Assembly (NCBI GenBank): GCA_947472735.1
Contig: CANJBY010000006.1
Span: forward strand, 14,803-78,802
DNA: 64,000 nt
Direction: 5' to 3'
Source of the DNA: Sphingomonadaceae bacterium
Lineage (GTDB): Bacteria > Pseudomonadota > Alphaproteobacteria > Sphingomonadales > Sphingomonadaceae
Part shown: positions 1 to 7,324 of the stretch, one piece after another
Layout of the letters: every line of letters starts with the position of its first letter
Position numbering within the stretch: the first letter of the stretch is position 1
The notes under the pieces: model-generated
Told to the model about the DNA's origin: nothing
Database searches by the model: none
Seen by the model: only the letters and a program-made list of their open reading frames with translations
Position numbers and translations under genes: made by a program

Positions 1-218
1 TATTCCTCAGGTAGTGTCAGGCCGAGCAACCCCTGCTCCCCCATCTCGCGGAAGATCGCAGGATCGGTAAATTCCCGCTCGTAAGCGTCAATCACGCGCG
101 GCTGAAGCCTGTCCTGCGCGAAACTTCGCGCGGCGTCGGCAATCAGCCGCTCATCCTCAGTCAGCTGCGCATCGATTCCCAATGCGTCTTCCCAGGCGAA
201 GGGCAGCGTGGCCGCCAT
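1..218 (-). CDS. acyl-CoA dehydrogenase, probably glutaryl-CoA dehydrogenase; N-terminal fragment that runs off the left edge
   Basis: Hand translation of the minus strand from ATG (complement of 216..218, preceded by GGAGGA) gives MAATLPFAWEDALGIDAQLTEDERLIADAARSFAQDRLQPRVIDAYEREFTDPAIFREMGEQGLLGLTLPEE. This resembles the conserved N-terminus of glutaryl-CoA dehydrogenases. It is not in the ORF track because it is truncated by the window edge. Confidence 0.65.
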   Translation of the reverse strand, partial: MAATLPFAWEDALGIDAQLTEDERLIADAARSFAQDRLQPRVIDAYEREFTDPAIFREMGEQGLLGLTLPEE

Positions 219-284
219 GGTTAATCCTCCTCGAGTCAGTCGTATCCCGACACCACGATCGGGTCCTTTATTGCGCGCGGGCCG

Positions 285-1151
285 CTAGGGGATCGCTTCT
301 CCCAGCGGAATCCGCAACCGTGGCGTTTCGGCCGGTCGGCTGGACAGTTCCTCGGCTATTTGTTTCGCCAAGTCCTGCAATTGCGGGGCGAAACGCCGCA
401 CGCCTTCTTCACGGGTCATGGCTGCGCCAATCCAGGTGATGCCAAGACTTGCGATAACACGTCCGTTCTGGTGCACCGGAACCGCCAGCGTAGTCGAGCG
501 CACGTCGAATGCGGGATCGCGCGTGGCATAGCCCTGCTCGCGGACCCGCGCGACCATCTCTGCCAGCGCCACCGGATCGTGCACCAGGGCATTCTCCGGA
601 TCGGTGCTGTCCTTCAGAACCTCGCGGATCACGTTGCGCTCGTTCTCGCCGCAATGGGCGAAATAGGCCCGGCCGATCGCCCGGCTCATCATCGCAAGTC
701 GCATGTTGAGGGTAGAATGGTGTAGCGAAAGCGAGGTGTGGGGAATGGTGCTGACCCGCACCACCATCGCATTGAAATCATACGTCGCCAGCGCCAGTGG
801 CCAGCCTTCCCGGACGGTATAGGCAATCATCGGCTCTTCGGCGACTTCGATCACGAGGGGTTCGTGGTGAAAGCCGCTTGAAAGTGACTTCACTCGACCG
901 AGCAGGTGATAGCTGCCGTAGCTGGAGGATTGCGCGACGAGTCCCTTGCCCTCCAGCGTTCGCAGCAGCCGAACGATTGTCGGCTTGGGCAGTCCCGTAT
1001 CGCTATGCAGGTCGTGAAGAGACGAAAGCGCGCGCCGGTTCAGCGATTGCAGCAAGTCGATGGCACGCGCGACCGAACGGATGTTATCCGCCTTTTCGCC
1101 GCTCGAAGAAGCGGCCCCCTCCGCATGTTCATTGCTGACTTGCCCCGACAT
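285..1151 (-). CDS. IclR family transcriptional regulator
   Basis: ORF 285..1250. The N-terminal winged HTH (SVARAIDLLQSLNRRALSSLHDLHSDTGLPKPTIVRLLRTLEGKGLV) is followed by an IclR-type effector domain. I chose the internal ATG (MSGQVSNEH) as start. It lies directly upstream of the acyl-CoA dehydrogenase on the same strand. Confidence 0.85.
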   Translation of the reverse strand: MSGQVSNEHAEGAASSSGEKADNIRSVARAIDLLQSLNRRALSSLHDLHSDTGLPKPTIVRLLRTLEGKGLVAQSSSYGSYHLLGRVKSLSSGFHHEPLVIEVAEEPMIAYTVREGWPLALATYDFNAMVVRVSTIPHTSLSLHHSTLNMRLAMMSRAIGRAYFAHCGENERNVIREVLKDSTDPENALVHDPVALAEMVARVREQGYATRDPAFDVRSTTLAVPVHQNGRVIASLGITWIGAAMTREEGVRRFAPQLQDLAKQIAEELSSRPAETPRLRIPLGEAIP

Positions 1152-1246
1152 CGTGTCCCGTCCGTATGCGCCGGACTGCGGGAGTGCAGTCTGGCACGCG
1201 AATAGCATATGAGCATTTCCGCCTGCCGGAAAGCGGGATTCGCGGT

Positions 1247-1768
1247 TCAAACGTCCTCAAGCACCTCGCGGAGCACGGCGATGCCCTGCTGGCGCTGCGC
1301 GGTCAGGGCACGCTTCAGCGCTGCGGGATCCCGTGCGATCACGAATCCGAAACTCACGCCGCCCTCCTTGCCAATCGTGGCGTGATGAAGCCGGTGCGCC
1401 TGGACCAACCGCTTGGCGTAGCCCCGGCGCGGAACCCAGTGGAAATACCGCTGGTGGACCAGTCCGTCATGGATAAGGGTATAGACGATCCCATAGGCAA
1501 GAATGCCGACACCGATCCAGGTTCCCGGCTCCCATGCGGCGCTACCCCGGACCAGCGGACTCCCCAGCGCGAACATCGCAATGCTCATCGAAGCACCAAC
1601 CAGGGCGTAGAGATCGTTCTTTTCGAACATCCGGTCGTGCCGCTCGTGGTGGTCGCGGTGCCACCCCCAGCCGAAGCCGTGCATGATGTACTTGTGGCTG
1701 CCCCAGGCGACGAACTCCATGCCGAGGAACGTGGCCAGGACGATTGCTGTGGCTGCGAGGTTACTCAT
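1247..1768 (-). CDS. crtZ: beta-carotene hydroxylase
   Basis: The last 173 aa of ORF 1247..2332 start at MSNLAATAIV. They carry the four His boxes typical of CrtZ (HKYIMHG, HRDHH, HDGLVH, HRLHH) and membrane helices. The upstream part of the ORF is antisense to ettA and was rejected. Confidence 0.9.
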   Translation of the reverse strand: MSNLAATAIVLATFLGMEFVAWGSHKYIMHGFGWGWHRDHHERHDRMFEKNDLYALVGASMSIAMFALGSPLVRGSAAWEPGTWIGVGILAYGIVYTLIHDGLVHQRYFHWVPRRGYAKRLVQAHRLHHATIGKEGGVSFGFVIARDPAALKRALTAQRQQGIAVLREVLEDV

Positions 1769-1897
1769 CTTGACCGCGATTATGCGCCTTCCCGTCCGGA
1801 ATGGGAAGGTGCGCCGCCCGCTCTGCGCTTGCCCGTCCCGCGCGGCATCTGTAGAGGGCGCAGCAATCCCAGAACGCCAATCCCCGAAGGACCCGAA

Positions 1898-3571
1898 ATG
1901 GCCGCGCAATACGCCTATGTGATGAAAGGCATGACCAAGACTTTCCCCGGCGCCCAGAAGCCGGTGTTGAGCAACATCAGCCTGCAATTTTACCGCGGCG
2001 CGAAGATCGGCATCGTCGGCCCCAACGGCGCCGGCAAGTCGACCCTGATCAAGATCATGGCCGGGATCGACAAGGATATTACGGGTGAAGCCTGGCCGGG
2101 CGAAAACATCACCGTCGGCTACCTTGAGCAGGAGCCCGAGCTCGACAAGTCGAAGACCGTGCTGGAGAACGTGAAGGACGGTGCCCGCGCCACGGCCGAC
2201 ATGGTCGAGCGGTTCAACCAGATCGGTATCGAAATGGGCGAGGACGGCGCGGACTTCGACGCGCTCGGCGCGGAAATGAGCGAGCTTCAGGACAAGATCG
2301 ATGCGGTCGACGGCTGGACGCTCGACAATCAACTCGAGATCGCAATGGAAGCGCTACGCTGCCCGCCGGGTGATCTGCCGGTCGACAACCTCTCCGGCGG
2401 CGAAAAGCGCCGCATCGCGCTGACCCAGCTGCTGATCCAGAAGCCGGACATCCTGCTGCTCGACGAACCGACCAACCACCTCGATGCCGAAAGCGTTGAA
2501 TGGCTGGAAAACCACCTCAAGGACTATGCCGGTGCGGTGCTGATGATCACCCACGACCGCTACTTCCTCGATAACGTGGTCGGCTGGATTCTTGAGCTCG
2601 ATCGCGGAAAGTACTTCCCCTACGAGGGCAATTACTCAACGTACCTCGAGACCAAGGCCAAACGCCTGGCGCAGGAAGAGCGTGAGGAAAGCGGCAAGCA
2701 GAAGGCGCTGGCCCGCGAACTCGAATGGATCCGCCAGACCCCGGCGGCGCGCCAGACCAAGAGCAAGGCGCGCGTCCGCAAGTTCGAGGAACTGCAGAAC
2801 GCACAGGACAACCGTGCGGTCGGCAAGGCCCAGATCGTCATTCAGGTGCCCGAACGGCTCGGCGGCAAGGTGATCGAGGTCAAGGGCATCTCCAAAGCCT
2901 ATGGCGACAAGCTGCTGTTCGAGGATCTCTCGTTCACCCTGCCGCCTGGCGGGATCGTCGGCATCATCGGGCCGAACGGTGCGGGCAAGTCCACGCTGTT
3001 CCGGATTCTAACCGGCAAGGAACAGCCCGATAGCGGCACTGTCGAGATCGGCAGCACCGTTCATCTGGGCTTTGTCGATCAAAGCCGGGACGATCTGGAC
3101 CCCAAGCACAACGTCTGGGAGGAAATCTCCGGCGGGCATGACTACATGACCGTCAACAAGCAGGAGATGTCGACCCGGGCCTATGTCGGCGCCTTCAACT
3201 TCAAGGGCGCGGACCAGCAGAAGAACGTCGGCAAGCTTTCGGGCGGTGAGCGCAATCGGGTGCACATGGCCAAGATGCTCAAGCTGGGCGGCAACGTACT
3301 GCTGCTGGACGAACCGACCAACGACCTCGATGTGGAAACGCTGGGTGCGCTCGAAGATGCCATCGAAAACTTCGCTGGCTGCGCGGTGGTCATCTCGCAC
3401 GATCGCTTCTTCCTAGATCGTCTGGCAACGCATATCCTGGCCTTTGAGGGCAACAGCCACGTCGAATGGTTTGAAGGCAACTTCGCAGCCTATGAGGAAG
3501 ACAAGCGTCGCCGTCTGGGTGACGCCGCGGACCGGCCGACCAGGTTGGCTTACAAGAAACTGACGCGGTAA
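1898..3571 (+). CDS. ettA: energy-dependent translational throttle protein EttA (ABC-F ATPase)
   Basis: Starts at MAAQYAYVMKGMTKTFPG within ORF 1166..3571. It has two ABC cassettes with Walker A GPNGAGKST twice and LSGGE signatures twice. Length is about 557 aa, as expected for EttA/YjjK. Confidence 0.95.
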   Translation: MAAQYAYVMKGMTKTFPGAQKPVLSNISLQFYRGAKIGIVGPNGAGKSTLIKIMAGIDKDITGEAWPGENITVGYLEQEPELDKSKTVLENVKDGARATADMVERFNQIGIEMGEDGADFDALGAEMSELQDKIDAVDGWTLDNQLEIAMEALRCPPGDLPVDNLSGGEKRRIALTQLLIQKPDILLLDEPTNHLDAESVEWLENHLKDYAGAVLMITHDRYFLDNVVGWILELDRGKYFPYEGNYSTYLETKAKRLAQEEREESGKQKALARELEWIRQTPAARQTKSKARVRKFEELQNAQDNRAVGKAQIVIQVPERLGGKVIEVKGISKAYGDKLLFEDLSFTLPPGGIVGIIGPNGAGKSTLFRILTGKEQPDSGTVEIGSTVHLGFVDQSRDDLDPKHNVWEEISGGHDYMTVNKQEMSTRAYVGAFNFKGADQQKNVGKLSGGERNRVHMAKMLKLGGNVLLLDEPTNDLDVETLGALEDAIENFAGCAVVISHDRFFLDRLATHILAFEGNSHVEWFEGNFAAYEEDKRRRLGDAADRPTRLAYKKLTR

Positions 3572-3687
3572 CGGTGCGGCCAAGCTGAACGCGAGGCGTA
3601 CCGACTCATTCACCTTCACGACAGCGCGACTCGCGTAATCCTTCGCCATGACGCCGCAACCCGCGGCATGGTGATGGAGAAGCGGCA

Positions 3688-4623
3688 ATGGCCGTGAAGT
3701 CTTTCCTCAGATCGAGTGCCTTCGCAGCTCTGGCGGCGAGCATATCATTCCTTGCTGTTCCCGCCAGCGCGCTGGCGGCTCCTGAAGACGGTCCCAGTGA
3801 CCGTCCAAGCTGGTCGCGAGGCGGCGGACATCAGCGCGGCAACGACGGCGAGCAGGGCGAGCGCCGCGGTAGGGGCGAGCGCCGGGCCGACCCGCAAGTG
3901 CAGGCACCGCCTGCCGCGACGGTCCGCGCCGAAAGCGTTCCGCGGGAAGATCGCGGCAACTGGTCGCGTGGCGAACGTGCGCCCGGCTGGGAAGGCCGCG
4001 CGCCGTCTGCGCCACCGCCGGTAGCCCAAAGCGACGATCGGCGGGGCCAGTGGCAAGGCCGCGGCGGCGAACGCCATGATCGCGGCGGCAACTGGCAAGG
4101 CCGTGGCGGCGAATGGCGCGGCAATCCCGCACCTCAGCAGCCTCGTGAGACCCGGCGCATCGAACCACAACAGCGCGACAGTTGGCGCGGCGACAATAAC
4201 TTGCGCGAGCGCAATGGCAGCTATGTCGACCCTAACCGCAGCCGTTCCGGCCATAGCGACTGGCGTAGCACCTATCGAGGGCACGATGGCTGGCGTTCCG
4301 GCCAGGACTATCGCCGTTGGAACCGCGATTGGCGTCAGGACAACCGCTACAACTGGTCATGATATCGCGACCGCAATCGCGAAACCTACCGGGTGCGGCC
4401 GTACTACGCTCCGTACCGCAGCTACAGCTACCGCCGGCTGACGATCGGCTTCTTCCTGGACTCGCTGTTCTTCAGCTCCAACTACTGGATCGACGAGCCC
4501 CGGCAGTACCGTCTTCCGGACGCTTACGGTCCCTACCGCTGGGTGCGCTACTATGACGACGCGCTGCTGGTGAACATTTACTCGGGTGAAGTAGTTGACG
4601 TGATCTACAGCTTCTTCTGGTAG
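3688..4623 (+). pseudogene. RcnB-family secreted protein gene interrupted by in-frame TGA at 4360..4362 (pseudogene or recoded)
   Basis: ORFs 3688..4362 and 4393..4623 are in the same frame. The first has a signal peptide (MAVKSFLRSSAFAALAASISFLAVPASALA) and an Arg/Gly/Trp-rich repeat region. The second has the RcnB-like C-terminal motif YRLPDAYGPYRWVRYYDDALLVNIYSGEVVDVIYSFFW. Read-through text is DNRYNWS*YRDRNRETYRVRPYY. Confidence 0.6.
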
Positions 4624-4646
4624 GCCGGAGAGTGGACCGGCTGAGG

Positions 4647-4674
4647 GGCCCTCGCAGCGATGCGGGGGCCTTAC
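4647..4674. terminator. possible hairpin between convergent genes
   Basis: GGCCCTCGC-agcgat-GCGGGGGCC forms a 9-bp stem with one G-U pair, between the RcnB-like gene end (4623) and the cytochrome b561 gene end (4683). The flanking T-run is weak. Confidence 0.35.
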
Positions 4675-4682
4675 TCATTCCG

Positions 4683-5246
4683 CTACTTCACGAACGGCAC
4701 CATCCGGCGGAGTGTGGCATCGCGGTCCACGAAGGTATGCTTGAGCGCAGCCGCCACGTGCAACACGAGTAGACCGAGCAGCACCCACGCTAACACTTCG
4801 TGCGTCTCGGCAAAGAAACCCGTGATCGCCTTGTCACCCGAAAAGGGCAGGCCCGGGAAATCAAACAGATGGAAGATCGACACCGGCGCGCCCTTGAGGA
4901 AGGACGAGCTATAAGCCCAGCCCGCCATCGGCACCGCCAGCATCAGCACATAGAACAGGAAGTGTGTTACCTTGGCCAGCGCGGACTCCCATGTTTTCAG
5001 CGATTCCAGCAATGGCGGCGCTGGGTGGCTCAGGCGCCAGACGATCCGCAACACAGTCAGCAACAAAATGATGATCCCGAATGATTTGTGGTTGCCCAGC
5101 ACCATGAATCGGGCCGGTCCCTCGAGTGTCGTCGATAGCCATCCAGCAAATAGATTGAGTGCGATCAGGATCGCAATCATCCAGTGGAGGATCATGGCGC
5201 CCGCCGAGTAGCGGTTACCGGGTTTTGCTGCGGCAGCTTCATCCAT
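4683..5246 (-). CDS. cytochrome b561 family protein
   Basis: The C-terminal 187 aa of ORF 4683..6626 start at MDEAAAAKPGNRYSAGAMILHWMIAILIALN. They show four predicted transmembrane helices with conserved His residues (LHW..., GNHKSFG, THFLFY, LHVAAALKH), typical of CybB-like cytochrome b561. Confidence 0.8.
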   Translation of the reverse strand: MDEAAAAKPGNRYSAGAMILHWMIAILIALNLFAGWLSTTLEGPARFMVLGNHKSFGIIILLLTVLRIVWRLSHPAPPLLESLKTWESALAKVTHFLFYVLMLAVPMAGWAYSSSFLKGAPVSIFHLFDFPGLPFSGDKAITGFFAETHEVLAWVLLGLLVLHVAAALKHTFVDRDATLRRMVPFVK

Positions 5247-5321
5247 GCGGTGCAGATTGGCGAAATTTGGTCCGCACGACAAGGTGGTTGTATGCAACGC
5301 ACCCGTACAGGGAGAATCGGC

Positions 5322-6614
5322 ATGTATTTCAAGCGTTACCTTGCGATTGCTGCGGTTCTCGTTGCTACCAGTCCGGCAGTAGGCAAGCCCTTTTGCCCCG
5401 CCGAAGGGGCCGATCCGCCGTTCGATGCAGCAAAGGCATGGGACGAAGCGCGCAGCGAACTTGCCGACAACTACGCGTACTGGAACCGGATCGACGCCAA
5501 CCGCGCTTTTGATGCCGCAGCACCCGCTTTGCGCAGTTCGCCGGACCGCCTGACCTTCTCGCGCCGCCTGCAAACCTTGCTGCTGCTGTTTCGCGACAGC
5601 CACCTGCATGTGTCTCCAGCGCCCGAGCCGGTGGCTGCCTAGGTTCCCTCTGCCGCCGACTTCTGGCTGGAAGAACGCGACGGCCACTTGCTGGTGCTCG
5701 ATGTGAAGGGAGGGAGCGAGGCGCAGCGCCTCGGCTTGCGTCCGGGCTGGGAACTGGTCTCGATGGACGGCAAGGACTTGCGCTCCGTAGCCAAAAATCG
5801 CTTCGCCGAGATCGGCGTCACTCCCGATCCCGAGCAGGTGCTCTACGGAGCCAACACCCTTGCCTCCGGAGCGCTGCATCGGCCTCGCAGTTTCATATTC
5901 CGCGTCGGCGGCAAGTTGCGTGCGCTGGAGCTTCCGCCCGGGTACAGTTCGGTCAAACGGCCGTCCGGACCGGTCAGCAGCGCCGTGCGCACCGACAAGG
6001 CCGGGCATCCGGTCGTCGTGATGCGCATGAACAATTCGCTGGGCGACAACGCCAGCATTGCCGTCTTTGACGCCGCCGTTGCCGCCGTGCCGGCCGGCGC
6101 GCACGTGGTCATCGACATGCGCGATACGCCAAGCGGCGGAAACTCCACCGTCGCCCGCGCAATGCTCAGCCACTTCGTCACTCGGCCGATGCCGTACCAG
6201 CACCATGAACTTACCTACGAGCGGGTGCATTTCGGTGTTGCGCGCGAGTGGACCGAATATGTCGAACCGCGTGCCCCCCTGCTCAAGGATGCGCCGGTGG
6301 TTCTGGCCGGCCTGTGGACAGGATCGATGGGTGAAGGGATCACGATCGGCTTTGATGCGGCGGCTGAAGCGACGGTGATCGGATCCAACCTCGGCGACCT
6401 CCTCGGGGCGATGATCGAGGACGAACTGCCCGCGTCCTGCCTCAAGGTCTCCTTCGCCAACGAACGGCTTTCTCACGTCAACGGCACCGCGCGCGAGGAC
6501 TTCATTCCCGAACTGCTCCTGCCGGCGGCCGACACCGCTGTGGACGGGTCCGACCCAGCCATACAGCGCGCGCTTGCCCTTTTCGAAGATCGGGATAGTC
6601 AACCGAATCGATGA
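5322..6614 (+). pseudogene. S41-family peptidase-like secreted protein gene interrupted by in-frame TAG at 5640..5642 (pseudogene or recoded)
   Basis: ORFs 5184..5642 and 5688..6614 share a frame. The start at ATG 5322 follows GGAGA and gives the signal peptide MYFKRYLAIAAVLVATSPAVG. The downstream part has a PDZ-like segment (LVLDVKGGSEAQRLGLRPGWELVSMDG) and S41-like blocks (VVIDMRDTPSGGNS, LWTGSMGEG). Read-through text is PAPEPVAA*VPSAADFWLEERDGHLLVLDV. Confidence 0.6.
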
Positions 6615-7324
6615 ACGCCGAAGCAACTGTGCCGGAACCGGGGAGAGGCCTGCCTTTCGGCCCTGGGGAGATCGCCGACCAGCAGGCGCTGGCCCGGACG
6701 GGCGCTGCTGTGCGCGCGCGGCTTGCGGATGATCCGGCCGCCTACAAGGTGCCGGTGGAGGCGGCGGAAATCTATGCCGTCGCCAATTTCCTTACCGCGG
6801 CGGAATGCGACCGTTTCATTGCCATGATCGATACCAATGCCAGCCCGTCCCGCGTGCTGGACCACGGGTATGTCGGGGTGTTCCGCACCAGCTATACCGG
6901 TGACGTGGAGCGTGACGACCCGTTCGTGCGGATGATCGACCGGCGGATCGACGACCTGCTCGGCTTCGACAACAGCTGGGGGGAGACCATCCAGGGCCAG
7001 CGTTACCACCCCGGGCAGGAGTTCAAGGCTCATAACGACTGGTTCTACACGGGCGCCCCATACTGGCAGCAGGAAAAGGCCATGGGCGGTCAGCGCAGCT
7101 GGACTGCGATGATCTATCTCAACGATGTCGAGACTGGCGGCATTACCGAGTTCGTGAATATCGGCGTCACCATCCCGCCCCAGCGAGGCGCTCTGCTCAC
7201 CTGGAACAACGCCACCGTTGACGGACTGGTCAGCCCGCACACCCTGCACGCCGCGCTGCCGGTCGAGGCCGGGGTGAAGTACGTCATCACCAAGTGGTAC
7301 CGGACGCGTCGATGGGGCTGGTGA
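6611..7324 (+). CDS. 2OG-Fe(II) oxygenase, prolyl 4-hydroxylase-like
   Basis: ORF of 237 aa. It has the H-x-D iron ligand motif (EFKAHNDWF), a distal His (SPHTLHAALPV) and a C-terminal KYVITKWYR block typical of P4H-type oxygenases. Its ATG overlaps the upstream stop (ATGA), and its TGA overlaps the downstream GTG (GTGA). Confidence 0.85.
   Translation: MNAEATVPEPGRGLPFGPGEIADQQALARTGAAVRARLADDPAAYKVPVEAAEIYAVANFLTAAECDRFIAMIDTNASPSRVLDHGYVGVFRTSYTGDVERDDPFVRMIDRRIDDLLGFDNSWGETIQGQRYHPGQEFKAHNDWFYTGAPYWQQEKAMGGQRSWTAMIYLNDVETGGITEFVNIGVTIPPQRGALLTWNNATVDGLVSPHTLHAALPVEAGVKYVITKWYRTRRWGW

Noticed and set aside
1166-2332. An N-terminal extension of the ettA ORF (1166..1897) and an upstream extension of the crtZ ORF (1769..2332).
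   Set aside because: Each extension overlaps the other gene's well-supported coding region. The conserved protein starts (MAAQYAYV for EttA, MSNLAATA for CrtZ) give family-typical lengths.
4360-4362. The TGA in the RcnB-like gene as a selenocysteine codon.
   Set aside because: I found no SECIS-like hairpin immediately downstream. The family has no known selenoprotein members. The two neighbouring interrupted genes use TAG and TAA, so a common nonsense-mutation explanation is simpler.
4683-6626. A 647-aa minus-strand ORF spanning the cytochrome b561 gene and the whole S41 peptidase-like gene.
   Set aside because: Only the last 187 aa (from MDEAAAAK) look like a real protein. The rest is antisense to a plus-strand gene with recognisable domains and has an Arg/Gly/Ala-rich noise translation, typical of open antisense frames in high-GC DNA.
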